Shown here: positions 1-10,130 of the stretch, piece by piece | Position numbering within the stretch: the first letter of the stretch is position 1 | Layout of the letters: every line of letters starts with the position of its first letter | Source: Polyangiales bacterium | Lineage (GTDB): Bacteria > Myxococcota_A > Polyangia > Polyangiales > Polyangiaceae | NCBI GenBank assembly: GCA_038231275.1 | Contig: JBBRLQ010000016.1 | Location: 146,749 to 210,748, forward strand | Length of the DNA stretch: 64,000 nt | Direction: 5' to 3' | Translations under genes and position numbers: made by a program | The notes under the pieces: model-generated | Seen by the model: only the letters and a program-made list of their open reading frames with translations | Database searches by the model: none | What the model was told of the DNA's origin: nothing

Positions 1-660
1 GGCGTTCGCCATGCGCTCGAGCCCGATCACGTGACCGCGGTGTCCACGCTGGTCGCCGGGCAGAGGACGCCGCGGCGGATCGTGTCCTTCGCGGCGATCT
101 GGGGACTCGGCCACGCGCTTACGCTGCTCATCGTGGGCGGCGCGCTCGCCCTCTTCCGCGCGCAGATGCCCGCGCAGGTCGCCGACGCGTTCGAGCTGGT
201 GGTGGCCGTGATGCTCGTGGGCCTCGGCATCCGCGCGATCGCGAAGGCCCGTGCGTGCGCAAAGGCCGGGCGCATGTCGCGCTCGCATTCGCACGCGCAC
301 GCGCACGACGACTCGGGCGCGGGCGCGCGTGTGCAGCCTCTCGGCGTCGGGATCGTGCACGGCCTTGCCGGGAGCGGCGCACTGGCAGCGCTCGCGAGCA
401 CGTCGTTCGCGTCGCGCGGAGCAGGCGTGCTGTTCATCGCGATCTACGGCGCCGGTGCCGCGGTCGGAATGGCACTCCTCGCCGCGGCCGCTGTCCTCCC
501 GATGGCGCGCATCGCGAAGAGCGCGACCGCGAGCGCCGTGTTGATGGCAACGGCGGGGCTCCTATCCATCGCGCTCGGCGCCGCGTGGGGATGGCCAGTC
601 GCGAACCGCCTCGCCGCGGGAGCCCCTCCCCCCGCGCCCGCCGCTCAGCTTGCGCCCTGA
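1..660 (+). CDS. UreH/HupE/NiCoT-like nickel/cobalt transporter (5'-partial)
   Basis: Frame is open from base 1 (GVRHALEPDHVTAVST). HALEPDH motif, His-rich loop HSHSHAHAHDD, GIVHGLAGSG motif, several hydrophobic helices. Confidence 0.8.
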   Translation, partial: GVRHALEPDHVTAVSTLVAGQRTPRRIVSFAAIWGLGHALTLLIVGGALALFRAQMPAQVADAFELVVAVMLVGLGIRAIAKARACAKAGRMSRSHSHAHAHDDSGAGARVQPLGVGIVHGLAGSGALAALASTSFASRGAGVLFIAIYGAGAAVGMALLAAAAVLPMARIAKSATASAVLMATAGLLSIALGAAWGWPVANRLAAGAPPPAPAAQLAP

Positions 661-669
661 ATCGCCCCG

Positions 670-3243
670 TCAGCCGAACCAGTACGCGAGCTTCACGAGC
701 ACCACGTCGGTGGCCGGTCCCTTGCCGACCGATCCGAAGTGCAACCCGCCTACGTCGTTCGGCCCCAGCGTCACGTTCGGCTGCTGCGCGCGCGTGTACA
801 CGAGGAAGAGCGTCGAGCCGAGGCGGTACTCCCAGCGCACGACCGCGTTGACGTTGAGCACCGCCTCCTCGAAATCGGGATTGCCCGGCAACACTCCGAC
901 GAACGGCGTCAAGTCGCCCACGCGCACCGCCGAGCGCGGGCCGCCCGCGGTGAACGACGAGAACTCGGTGTAGTGCCCCGATGCGACGAGGAGCTGTCCG
1001 TACGTCTGGAGCGTGAGGCGTGGCGTAAACGTGTAGGTTGCACGAATCGTCGCGCCGAGGGCCTTCGCCTCGAGCTTGCCGAAGAGGTACTGCGACGGGC
1101 CCGCGCCGAGGCCGACGAAGCGCGGCTCGCCGAAGGTGTAAACGGCGGTGGGCAGCACCTCGACGTCGAGCTGCGTGAGTACACGGAAGAGGACGCCCGC
1201 GGTCGCGTTGAAGATGAGCCCGCCGTTCGTGACCCACTGCGACTGCGTCTCCGCGTGGAAGCTGACCTTCTTCGTCGGATCGCTCTCGACCTCGAGCTCG
1301 TAACCGGCGAGACCCGAGCGCTGGAGCGCGGTGCCGTCGCCGACTTCCCGGTCGTCGAAGTAGGCGGTGCGGTAGTGGGCTTCGGTAAAAAACTTCCAGT
1401 AGTTGTCGAGCGTGCCCGAGACGTTCAGCTGGTAGCCGCCGCCGAGATCGCGGCCGTCCAAGTTGTAGCGGTCGAAGTACTCGAGCTTCGCGTGCGCCTC
1501 GAGGAACACCCACCACTTCTCGAGCTCGCGGTACTCGAGGTCGAGTCGCCAGCGGTAGTTGTTGGCGCGGCGATCGAAGCCGAGATCGTTGACGTCGAGC
1601 TTCCGGTCGTTGAACTCCGCGTTGAGCGCTCCGACCCAGTGCTTGCCGCCCTCCTTGGAGACGGTGCCTACCGCGCCGGTGCCGATGTCGCCGGGTTGAA
1701 TCGTAGTGCCGTCGGGGACGTGGCGCGGCGAGCCGTTCTGCAGCTCGGACGCGACGGCCTGGCCGTTGACGAGCCAGTCGCCGGCCTCGGACCGCCACTG
1801 CCCGTCGACGCCGACGACGTAGGCGTTGTTGAAGCAGCGTGAGCCCGCCGGGACGACGCTGCTCGGACCGGCGTGGAGCGCGGGGTTGAGCGAGCGCACC
1901 GCCGACGTCGCGTCGATCGCGTTGGGGCAGAGTTGGCCGCCGTTCGCGAGGCGCGCATGGCCGGACGTCGGCTCGGCGTAGTCGACGGCCGTGCCCATGA
2001 TTCCGAGGTACGCCTTCTCGCTGAGCTCGCGTCTGAGGCGCAGCACGTTGAACGCGGCGAGCGGCTCCACCGATCGCGTGACGCGCGTGCCGTCGCCGAG
2101 CTGGACCTGCACGTCGTTCTTCGCGGTGAGGGCCTGGAGCGTCCCGATCGTCCATCCGTCGGCGATGCGGCCGGTCAGCTTGCTGGCGCCGTAGATCGTG
2201 GGGGCGGACGGGACGTCGACGAGCTGCTCGGCGTTCACGGGATCCGTGCGGAGCTGCGGCGCGTCGGGCGAGCGACCGATGCGGCGCGTGTAGAGGAGCT
2301 GGATCGGCGTGGAGAACACGTCGACCCCCTCGAGGAAGAACGGGCGCTTCTCGGGGTAATACGTCTCGAAGTTCGTCAAGTTCAGGACGAGCTGATCGGC
2401 CTCGACCTGCGCGAAATCCGGGTTCACCGTCGCGTCGAGGGCGAGGTCGTACGTCGGGTGCCATTTCACGTCGAGGCCTGCGCTCGCCGAAAAATCGGTG
2501 CCGTGCGCGAGCTGCGTCGACGCCGCGTCGCGGTGCTCCAGGCGCCCAACCACGAACGGGCGCAGCTCGAACGGAGTCTTGGCGGTGAGGCCGCTCAGCC
2601 CATCGAGCTTTCCATAGCGGGAGACCTCACCGCCGGCGTCGCGCGGGATGAAGCTCCACTCGTCGGTCTCCTGCCGCTCGGACACACGCCGCTTGGCCTG
2701 CATCGACCACGACTGCACGGCGACGTCCGGAAAGCGGAGGATGTGGAGCGGGATCTTCATCTCCACGGTCCACCCGGTGGCGGTCACGCGCGTGCGCGCT
2801 TCCCAGTTCTCGTCCCAGTTCTCGGCGGTCTGCGTGTCGGCGAAGCGCAGCGTATCGGTGAGCACGCCCGACGCGTTGACGCGGAACTCGTACGCGCTCT
2901 TGGAGTCGCCGCGCGTACCGAACGCGATCGAGACCCAGTCCGACTCGACGAGTCGCCCGCGCCGCGTCAATCGCTCGACGATCTTCGAGCGGGCTTGCTC
3001 GCAGTCGAAGGCGACGTAGACCGCCTCGTCGTCGTACACGATCCGGAGCGTCGTCGTTTCGCTGGGCGCTTGCCCTTCGTCCGGGAATTTCTGCGTGAAC
3101 GCCGTCGACGCGGGCGTCTGTTTCCATGCGGCATCGTCAAGGACGCCGTCCATCGTGGGCGCGGACGAGACCCGCGTGGCGACCAGGTGCGGGACCGGCC
3201 GAGGCGCGGTCGCCTGCATCGGCGGGAGAGCGAAAGGAAACAC
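670..3243 (-). CDS. CBM9-like/DUF5916 outer-membrane protein
   Basis: N-terminal DGxLDDxxW...T...YD...YV sugar-binding-like domain; TVNPDFAQVEAD and YPEKRPFFLEG motifs; C-terminal beta-barrel-like end LVKLAYWFG. Confidence 0.8.
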   Translation of the reverse strand: MFPFALPPMQATAPRPVPHLVATRVSSAPTMDGVLDDAAWKQTPASTAFTQKFPDEGQAPSETTTLRIVYDDEAVYVAFDCEQARSKIVERLTRRGRLVESDWVSIAFGTRGDSKSAYEFRVNASGVLTDTLRFADTQTAENWDENWEARTRVTATGWTVEMKIPLHILRFPDVAVQSWSMQAKRRVSERQETDEWSFIPRDAGGEVSRYGKLDGLSGLTAKTPFELRPFVVGRLEHRDAASTQLAHGTDFSASAGLDVKWHPTYDLALDATVNPDFAQVEADQLVLNLTNFETYYPEKRPFFLEGVDVFSTPIQLLYTRRIGRSPDAPQLRTDPVNAEQLVDVPSAPTIYGASKLTGRIADGWTIGTLQALTAKNDVQVQLGDGTRVTRSVEPLAAFNVLRLRRELSEKAYLGIMGTAVDYAEPTSGHARLANGGQLCPNAIDATSAVRSLNPALHAGPSSVVPAGSRCFNNAYVVGVDGQWRSEAGDWLVNGQAVASELQNGSPRHVPDGTTIQPGDIGTGAVGTVSKEGGKHWVGALNAEFNDRKLDVNDLGFDRRANNYRWRLDLEYRELEKWWVFLEAHAKLEYFDRYNLDGRDLGGGYQLNVSGTLDNYWKFFTEAHYRTAYFDDREVGDGTALQRSGLAGYELEVESDPTKKVSFHAETQSQWVTNGGLIFNATAGVLFRVLTQLDVEVLPTAVYTFGEPRFVGLGAGPSQYLFGKLEAKALGATIRATYTFTPRLTLQTYGQLLVASGHYTEFSSFTAGGPRSAVRVGDLTPFVGVLPGNPDFEEAVLNVNAVVRWEYRLGSTLFLVYTRAQQPNVTLGPNDVGGLHFGSVGKGPATDVVLVKLAYWFG

Positions 3244-3247
3244 GCCG

Positions 3248-4225
3248 TCAGTTCGCCGCGCGACCGTCCCACGCCGTGAGATCGAGGGCGGCCTTCACCG
3301 CCTTGGCGAGCTCCACCGACGGGCCACGGCCCCAGTAGTGGAGGAAGAGGATGCGCGGAGTCTCCCCCGTCATGTGGTGGTGAATGGCGACGATGTCGAC
3401 GCCGGATGCGCGGAGCGATTTCAGGACGGGCTGGAGCTCGGCCTCCGACACGGCGAAGTCACCGTCGACGACCGCGGCCTCGTCGGTTCCAGCGAACGCC
3501 GCCCACGTGCTCACGCCCATCGCCTTGCCCACGGAACAGCCGCACGACGCCGTCGCCTTGCGTCCCATCGTCGCTTTGTACATTCCGTCCTTCGCGACGC
3601 CCTTCACGCCAAGGGACGCGTCGAGCTTCGCGCCGTCGATCTTGCTCGGCGACGCGAGCGCGGGGCGATCTGTGCGCGCGCGAGGCGTGGGGGATTTTTG
3701 CCTTATCGCTTTCTGCGCGTCGAGAGCGGCGCGGACGCCCTTGCCGAGGCGCTCGACGGTTCCCTCCCCGCCGATGTGCATGAAGAAGACGCGCGGCGTG
3801 TCGTAGAAAAAATGGTTGTGGAGCGCCGTCACTTCGACGGAGCCGTCGAGGAGCGCGCTCATCATCGGGTTCACTTCGTCCTCGAACGCGACGAGATCGC
3901 CCATGACCATCGCCTCTACACCGGGCTTCTCACCCGGCGTGAACGCGGCCCACGACGTCAGCCCCATGAACGGCGGCATCGTCCAGCCGTCGACGGCGAT
4001 GGGAACGTCGGCGCGCGGGAACGAGACCTTCACGGTGGCGTCTTGCGACTCGGGCTTGCCGCCGGTCGAGGCCGCGACGGCCGCCGGATCGATCGGCTTC
4101 GCCTTTGGCGTCGCGCTCGCGGTGGTGGCCGGAGGAGGAGTCGCCGGGGGCGTCGCGGGTGCCGACGCACAAGCGAACATGAGGAGTGAGGCGGCTGCGG
4201 CGAGGGCAGACTGGAACGCGCGCAT
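3248..4225 (-). CDS. DUF1259 (LppY/LpqO-like) lipoprotein, two domains
   Basis: Lipobox MFAC; two repeats of MG(L/V)xxWAAF...GD...A(L/I)H(N/H)H...F(M/L)H. Confidence 0.85.
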   Translation of the reverse strand: MRAFQSALAAAASLLMFACASAPATPPATPPPATTASATPKAKPIDPAAVAASTGGKPESQDATVKVSFPRADVPIAVDGWTMPPFMGLTSWAAFTPGEKPGVEAMVMGDLVAFEDEVNPMMSALLDGSVEVTALHNHFFYDTPRVFFMHIGGEGTVERLGKGVRAALDAQKAIRQKSPTPRARTDRPALASPSKIDGAKLDASLGVKGVAKDGMYKATMGRKATASCGCSVGKAMGVSTWAAFAGTDEAAVVDGDFAVSEAELQPVLKSLRASGVDIVAIHHHMTGETPRILFLHYWGRGPSVELAKAVKAALDLTAWDGRAAN

Positions 4226-4273
4226 GACTGGCGTCCTACCACGCGCGCGACGCTGCGAGGACGCGATCCGGCG

Positions 4274-4460
4274 TCATGGCGCGCCGCACGCGGGAGAGCT
4301 TCGACCTTCGAGCGAGACCGTCGCGCACGTCGTGAGGCCCACGGCCGCGCAGTCGACCGTCACGGGCACGCCGCGCTGACATCCTTTCAGCGTGGTGCCC
4401 GCGCATTCCTCCACGCACGACGGCGCGCTCGTGGGGATGCACGCGCGCGAGACGTCCCAT
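4274..4460 (-). pseudogene. 3' remnant of a Cys-rich myxobacterial protein
   Basis: DVSRACIPTSAPSCVEECAGTTLKGCQRGVPVTVDCAAVGLTTC...CGAP*; no credible start codon or signal peptide. Confidence 0.5.
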
Positions 4461-4671
4461 GGGCGTCCGGCCGCGGGGCGGCCAGCTCGGAAAGGTGCAG
4501 ACTGCACGCGGTGGAAACGCGTTCAGCTGCGCCATCCTCACGAGCAGCTGCACGGCCGGCGACGCCGGATCGTGCGGACCCGTCGTGTGCTGGGGCGCCA
4601 ACGGCAGCGGGCAGCTTGGCGCCGACGCGGGTGCGACGTCGAGTGTTCCCGTATCGGTGTTGGCGCCGTAA
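4459..4671 (+). pseudogene. 3' remnant of an RCC1-repeat protein
   Basis: GGNAFSCAIL...VVCWGANGSGQLG...SSVPVSV is a single RCC1/BLIP-II repeat, too short to form a propeller. Confidence 0.6.
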
Positions 4672-4680
4672 CGGCCGAGC

Positions 4681-5724
4681 CTAGAACTGCCCGGCCGCGC
4701 CGAACGTGCCGAGGCCGATCGTCGGAGAGATCCACGCGGTGGCCGGCTTCTTCGGCGCGGTCACGAGGAGGATCACGCCCGCCGCCGCCGCGACGCCGCC
4801 CACGACGAAGGCCACCGTCGAGATCGTCCCCATCGAGTGGTAGCTGTCGAGATCGGAATTGAACTGGGTCGCGTCGCCCGCGCTACACGGCTTTGTCGCG
4901 CACGCGTTGCTCGAGAGATCGCTGTGCTTGCCCATCGCGATGATGCCGGTGATGACGCCAACGAGGACACCGGCGCCGCCGACGCCGATTCCGACGTAGC
5001 CGAGCGTGCGGTTCATGGATCCGCCGTTCGTCGAGACGTCCGCGCCGGGAGGCGGCGGGTTGCCGGTCGTGGGCGGCGGCGCCTGCGGGTCGGTCGGCGG
5101 CGGCACCGGGGCGACGACGGCGGTCGGATCGCGCTCGAGGGCGAGCGTGAACGTCGCGGCCTTTCCAGGATCGACGGTGAACGTCCCGTCGCCGGCCTTC
5201 ATGCCGGGCGCCTCCGCGTGCACCGCGTGCTTGCCCGGGTTCACCGGACGCTCGAGGCCGAGGGCTGCGCTGGGGACGACCGCGCCGTCGAGCGTGACCT
5301 TCGGACCATCGGCGCCGGTGACCGTGAGCGTCACCTTCGACCGCTTGCCGGCGACCGTCTCGATCTCGGTCTTCGCGTCCTCGATGGCGCGCACGATCGT
5401 TGGGTTCGCGCCGGGCGGCGCACCCTCGAGGATGATGCGGTGGTAGCTCTCCCACGACTCGATGTACTTGCCCTGCTGCGCCTGCGCGCGCGCGAGGCCG
5501 AGCATCAGCGTCGGCGCGTGGTAGAGCGCGTCGGCTTGCGCGAAAAGCGTCTCGGCCCCCGCGTAGTCCTTCTTCTCGAGCGCTAGGTTGCCCTTCTCGC
5601 CGAGCTCGCGCGCTTGCCCGCGGTTCGCCTCGTTCTGCGCGCTCGCCGAAGAAGCGCAGAGAAGCGTGGCGAACGACAGCGCGACGCACGAGCGCGAGAA
5701 CCGAGTCAGGCGTGACAAACGCAT
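4681..5724 (-). CDS. TPR + PEGA-domain secreted/membrane protein
   Basis: Signal peptide, TPR-like helices, PEGA-like VTLDG...VNPGKHAVHAEAPG, Pro-rich linker, C-terminal Gly-rich hydrophobic segments. Confidence 0.75.
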   Translation of the reverse strand: MRLSRLTRFSRSCVALSFATLLCASSASAQNEANRGQARELGEKGNLALEKKDYAGAETLFAQADALYHAPTLMLGLARAQAQQGKYIESWESYHRIILEGAPPGANPTIVRAIEDAKTEIETVAGKRSKVTLTVTGADGPKVTLDGAVVPSAALGLERPVNPGKHAVHAEAPGMKAGDGTFTVDPGKAATFTLALERDPTAVVAPVPPPTDPQAPPPTTGNPPPPGADVSTNGGSMNRTLGYVGIGVGGAGVLVGVITGIIAMGKHSDLSSNACATKPCSAGDATQFNSDLDSYHSMGTISTVAFVVGGVAAAAGVILLVTAPKKPATAWISPTIGLGTFGAAGQF

Positions 5725-5995
5725 TCGAAGCCTCCTCTAGAGGACTGAGAGTAGAGGAGCGAGCCTATCGCATCGACGCGCGCGACCGCCAGCGACTACG
5801 ACGCGCCGGACGCGCCGACTCGAGTAGGGCGTCATGCCGAAGTGAGGGCGGTTGTGCAGCGACTGCACGCGTTTTTCGCCGGGACTGCACTCGCCGTGCA
5901 CCGGCGCACGCGCGTGCTCGCGGCTCCCACATTTTTGGCGTGAACGTTCTTCCTGTGGTGCTGGGAGAGTGATAGCTGTCAAATGAAGGGGCTTC

Positions 5996-6412
5996 TTGAT
6001 GGGACTTCGAACAAAGCTTCTCCCTGCTCTCTTCATTGCGGTGATCGTCGCCGCGGGAGGGTGCACGGGCGTGCTGGGAGATTTCTCCAGCGCGCAGATC
6101 GACGCCGATGGCGGCACGCTGCCGACCGGTGACTCCGGCGGAGACGTGAACACGCCGCCCCCGCCGCCACCCGACGACGGCGGAAGCGACGCGCCGGTCG
6201 ACATCGACTCGGGCTTCGACGCGGGTGTGGACTCGGCGATCCCGCTCGGCCCTCCCGGCAAGCCCGGCCAGTCCCTCACGGGCGGCGGCACCCTGGCGAA
6301 GAGCACGAACTACAAGGTTTGGGTCGCGGTCGGTGAATCCCCCGGTGGGCAGATCACCTCGACCTCGACCTCGTACAAGCTTCAGAGCGGCGTGATCGGC
6401 GCGACGCAGTAG
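5996..6412 (+). CDS. small secreted lipoprotein
   Basis: Lipobox AGGC, Asp/Gly/Pro linker, C-terminal GGG..KSTNYK...STSYKLQSG motif; first gene of an apparent operon. Confidence 0.7.
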   Translation: MMGLRTKLLPALFIAVIVAAGGCTGVLGDFSSAQIDADGGTLPTGDSGGDVNTPPPPPPDDGGSDAPVDIDSGFDAGVDSAIPLGPPGKPGQSLTGGGTLAKSTNYKVWVAVGESPGGQITSTSTSYKLQSGVIGATQ

Positions 6413-6421
6413 TCGCAGGAG

Positions 6422-7447
6422 ATGAGCATGTCTACGAGAGCGATCGGTGGGTTGGCACTCGTCATTGGCTTGGGTTGGTCGTCGGTCGGTCACGCCGTGC
6501 CGCAGCTCCTCACGGAGCAGGGGCGCTTGCTCGACAAGAACAACATCCCCATCACCACGCAAGTGACGATGAAGTTCAGCATCTACGCTGCGCCGGCGGC
6601 AGGCACCGCCGCGTGGACGGAGACGCAGTCGATCACGCCCGACAACGGGTTCTTCTCCGCAGAGCTCGGCTCGGTGACGCCGTTCACCGCAGGGCTCTTC
6701 GACGGAACGCCGAAGTACTTGGGCCTTCAAGTCGGCGCCGATCCGGAGATGTCGCCGCGCCAGCCGATGCTGACCACGCCGTACGCGCTCGTGTCCGACA
6801 ACGCGACCGGCGACATCACGCCGAAGACGGTGTCGGTTGGCGGCGCGGTCGTCATCGACAAGACCGGCAAATGGGTGGGCTCGCCAACGGGGCTCGTGGG
6901 TCCGCAAGGACCGGCCGGTGCCACCGGACCGGCGGGACCGACGGGCGCGCCGGGGGCGGCGGGAGCGCAAGGACCGGCGGGACCGGCGGGACCGGCGGGA
7001 CCGGCGGGCCCAACTGGCCCGCAGGGTCCAGCAGGCGCGACGGGCCCGCAGGGACCCGCAGGTCCGCCGGGACCGGTCGGGCCGATGAGCACCAGCCAGA
7101 CTGGCCCATTTTCAGTCCCGGCCTCTGCCTTTACCTACAGCTTCCCGGTCCAGATCAACATCGGCGCCGCGAAGAGCTGCTTCGTCACATCCACGGGTTT
7201 CTTGTCCAACAATCCGGTGCTCACAGGGTTGAACCAAACCTATCCGGCTTACAACGGAGGCGGGAGTGGTGACGTGAGGTCCGTCTACGGAGGTTACATG
7301 CCGTCGTCATCGTCGGCGTTCTCGTCCACGACCTATTCGTCCGTGTTCAACCTGACCCCGAATACGGTCTACCAGTTCGGATGTGCCCTCTACGCCGCGG
7401 TTGCACAGGGCGCCGGTTATTGCACCGTCTCCGTTGCCTGTTACTGA
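6422..7447 (+). CDS. secreted collagen-like fibre protein
   Basis: Signal peptide; N-terminal [13 protein letters not shown]...FSIY...WTETQ domain; about 20 Gly-X-Y triplets; distinct C-terminal domain. Confidence 0.8.
   Translation: MSMSTRAIGGLALVIGLGWSSVGHAVPQLLTEQGRLLDKNNIPITTQVTMKFSIYAAPAAGTAAWTETQSITPDNGFFSAELGSVTPFTAGLFDGTPKYLGLQVGADPEMSPRQPMLTTPYALVSDNATGDITPKTVSVGGAVVIDKTGKWVGSPTGLVGPQGPAGATGPAGPTGAPGAAGAQGPAGPAGPAGPAGPTGPQGPAGATGPQGPAGPPGPVGPMSTSQTGPFSVPASAFTYSFPVQINIGAAKSCFVTSTGFLSNNPVLTGLNQTYPAYNGGGSGDVRSVYGGYMPSSSSAFSSTTYSSVFNLTPNTVYQFGCALYAAVAQGAGYCTVSVACY
6899..7084 (+). repeat. collagen Gly-X-Y coding repeat
   Basis: GPQ/GPA/GAT triplets, including GGACCGGCG x4 at about 6971-7006. 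Confidence 0.9.
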
Positions 7448-7462
7448 GAGCCTCGTGACGTC

Positions 7463-8755
7463 GTGTCTCTCTTCGCGTTGAGCGACGCCGCGTGGCGCGT
7501 CGTCCTGCTCTACGCGCTTGGCGTGGCGCCCTACGCGGCGCCGCCCGAGGGTGTGGGCGCGCGCACGCCCGTCGTCGCCGCAGTGCGGTTCGCGATCTTC
7601 GTGGCGATCGCGCTCGCGCTCACCATCGTCGTCCGCCGCGCTGGCGCTAGGCACCCGCGCTTGGCGCTCCTCGCAGCGCTGAGCCTCGTAGGCGTACCCA
7701 TTGCGGCGTTCGTCTTCGCGGGCGACCGCGGACCGCTCGCGCGAGGCGCGTGGGTCGCGACGCCGCTCGTCTGGTGCACGATTGCTGCGGCGCTCGGCGG
7801 CCCGGCGGCCGCGCGTCTGTCGCGTGGAGCCGGCGAGCGGGTGGCGCGTCGGACGGCGGTCGGTCTCGTCGCGGTGGGCCTGACGCTCGGCGCGGCCAGC
7901 ATCGCGCTCGCCGCGCCGCAGCTCATGTCACGCGACGCGCTTTGGACACGCGCCATGGCGATCAATCCGGGCGATGAGAACGCGGCGCGCGCGATCGCCC
8001 TACGCGCCCGAGGGCGCGGGGATGCGCACGGCTCGTACGACACGTTCGCCGCGTGCCTGCGCCTGAAACCGAAGAACTGCGGCTGCGCCGAAGGCCTCGC
8101 CGAGGACGCCACCGACCTCGGGCGCCACCTCGACGCCCGCACAGCACTCGACGCTACGGTCACGTGCCCGCCGACCGCGCACCGCATGGCGCTGACGGCC
8201 GAGGCCCTCGTCGGAACGCGCGCGCTCGACGAAGGCATCCGCGAGGCCGATCTCGCGCTCGCCCAGTCGCCCGATGACGCGCGCGCCACGTACGCGCGCG
8301 CGTGGGGCACGTACCTGAAGGGCAATGGCACGTCGGCACGCGCCGACGCCAAGCGCGCCGTCGAGCTCGGACGTGGCACGCAGGCGCGCCTCCTCTATGG
8401 GCTGCTCCTCTATGTCGCGGGCGATCTAGACCTCGCTTCTGCGGAGTTTCAGGCCATCCTCGCGTCGGAGCCGAACAACGTGCAGGCGACGTACGACTCG
8501 GCGCTCGTCGCGCAAAAGAAAAGTCAGTACCGCGAGGCGCGCGAGGGATACCTCCGTACGTTGAAGCTCGAGCCGAGCATGGCGGACGCGCGCTACAACC
8601 TCGTCGTGCTCACCCAGGGGCTCGGCGCGACGATGGAGGCGCAGCACCACCTCGACGAGTTCGTCGCGGCGTACCCGAACGATCCTCGCGCAACCTCGCT
8701 GCGCCAGCTGCTGACCGCTCCGCCGCCCCGCCGTGCCGTTACCCTCGGGAACTAG
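7463..8755 (+). CDS. membrane-anchored TPR protein
   Basis: About 5 N-terminal TM helices, then LW..A..INP and several TPR repeats. Confidence 0.75.
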   Translation: MSLFALSDAAWRVVLLYALGVAPYAAPPEGVGARTPVVAAVRFAIFVAIALALTIVVRRAGARHPRLALLAALSLVGVPIAAFVFAGDRGPLARGAWVATPLVWCTIAAALGGPAAARLSRGAGERVARRTAVGLVAVGLTLGAASIALAAPQLMSRDALWTRAMAINPGDENAARAIALRARGRGDAHGSYDTFAACLRLKPKNCGCAEGLAEDATDLGRHLDARTALDATVTCPPTAHRMALTAEALVGTRALDEGIREADLALAQSPDDARATYARAWGTYLKGNGTSARADAKRAVELGRGTQARLLYGLLLYVAGDLDLASAEFQAILASEPNNVQATYDSALVAQKKSQYREAREGYLRTLKLEPSMADARYNLVVLTQGLGATMEAQHHLDEFVAAYPNDPRATSLRQLLTAPPPRRAVTLGN

Positions 8756-8861
8756 CAAGAACGCCACGTAGTGCCCATTTGCCACACCAGCCCTCGCTTG
8801 ACGTCGACCTTTCGCGTGAGCGCAGGCAGAACAATACTAGGGAGGCTATAGTTAAAAGCCT

Positions 8862-8877
8862 TGGCACAGCGCATGCT
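8862..8877 (+). promoter_or_regulatory. sigma54 -24/-12 promoter (OmpA/Pal gene)
   Basis: TGGCACAGCGCATGCT; GG-N10-GC spacing; AT-rich stretch upstream. Confidence 0.6.
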
Positions 8878-8924
8878 GCCGCGCTCACTTGAAAATCGAA
8901 AGCTCGACCCCAAGGAGGTTACCC

Positions 8925-9467
8925 ATGCGCCCCATCGTTGCCCTCTCTCCCCTGACGCTCGCCGCCGCGCTGATGCTCGGCTGCGCGGACAAGCCCATCG
9001 TGAATCCCCCCCAGACGCCGGTCCACCAAACGACGACGACGACCGCAGCGCCGCCTCCCGCGAAGGCGCCCGATCAGAGCGGCCGTCCGCTCCTCGTCTC
9101 CGATGACATCGTGAAGGCGTGCAACCTCCAGCTTGGCAATGTCGAGTCCGCGCCGAAGTTCGACTTCGACAAGACCGATCTGTCACCGACCGATCGCAAC
9201 GTGCTTCAGCAGATTGCGACGTGCGTGACGACCGGCCCGCTCAAGGGTCGCACGCTCAAGCTCATCGGACGCGCCGACGCGCGCGGCGAGGCCGAGTACA
9301 ACATGGGCCTCGGCGAGCACCGCGCCGACAGCGTGAAGCGCTACCTCGGAGGCCTCGGCGTGCCCGGCGGCCAGGTGACCGAGACGTCGCGCGGCAAGCT
9401 CGACGCGACGGGGACCGACGACGCGACGATGCAGCGCGATCGCCGCGTCGACATCGCGCTCCAGTAA
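8925..9467 (+). CDS. OmpA/Pal-family peptidoglycan-associated lipoprotein
   Basis: SD AAGGAGG at 8912-8918; lipobox MLGC; FDFD...GRADARG..EYN..LG..RA..V...S.G...RRV OmpA_C motif. Confidence 0.9.
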   Translation: MRPIVALSPLTLAAALMLGCADKPIVNPPQTPVHQTTTTTAAPPPAKAPDQSGRPLLVSDDIVKACNLQLGNVESAPKFDFDKTDLSPTDRNVLQQIATCVTTGPLKGRTLKLIGRADARGEAEYNMGLGEHRADSVKRYLGGLGVPGGQVTETSRGKLDATGTDDATMQRDRRVDIALQ

Positions 9468-9498
9468 CTCCAGCGGCTCCAGCTTGGAGAGAGCGGCG

Positions 9499-9978
9499 TC
9501 AGCGCAGCGGTGCGAACATGTCGGCGAGGGAGCGGGCTCCTTCGCCGCGGATTCGGCGCTGCGCTTCGGCCCACGCCTCCGAGGGGCTGCTCGGCGCGGT
9601 CTCGTCGTCGGAGGCGCGGTGCCAGCTCCATTGCTCGACCAGACGCGCGCCGCCCACGCGAAAGAGCGCCACGCCTTGCGTCTCGCGCAGGGCGCCGTCG
9701 CGTGACCTGCGGATCGTCGCCCGCGCGGCGACCAGATCTCCGTCGGCGCCGAGGATCTCGAACGCGATGTCCGCATCAGGGTGGGCGGCGCGAAAGCGGG
9801 GGACGAGCGACCGCACCGCGGCGGGCCCGAGGACGCCGGGCTGCGCGTGATCGAGGTACCCCGGCCCGAGCACCGCGTCGGCCACCGCGCCCTCACCGGT
9901 GCTCCACATCTCGAAGTACCGTCGCACGAGCGCCTCGCTCTCCAGGACCTGCGAGCCATGATTCGGGGGGATGCACAT
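9499..9978 (-). CDS. SnoaL-like/ester cyclase (NTF2-like) protein
   Basis: SD AAGGAG; LVRRYFEMWSTG...YLDH...GP...FRAAHPD...ADGDLV pattern. Confidence 0.75.
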   Translation of the reverse strand: MCIPPNHGSQVLESEALVRRYFEMWSTGEGAVADAVLGPGYLDHAQPGVLGPAAVRSLVPRFRAAHPDADIAFEILGADGDLVAARATIRRSRDGALRETQGVALFRVGGARLVEQWSWHRASDDETAPSSPSEAWAEAQRRIRGEGARSLADMFAPLR

Positions 9979-10020
9979 GCGGGGCTCCTTTCGTGCGGGC
10001 GGTCGCAATCGGAACGCTGC

Positions 10021-10062
10021 TTCCGTTTAATAGTTATACGGAACCTCCCCTCCGCTTGTCAA
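10021..10062 (-). promoter_or_regulatory. sigma70 promoter with overlapping palindromic operator (snoaL-like gene)
   Basis: TTGACA-N18-TATAAC on the minus strand; 23-bp palindrome TTCCGTTTAATAGTTATACGGAA overlaps the -10. Confidence 0.65.
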
Positions 10063-10130
10063 CGCACGCCGGAGACCCTTCTTTTCCCGCGGATTCGCCG
10101 AGTGCGAGGGGCCTGGGCTAGACTGCCGCC

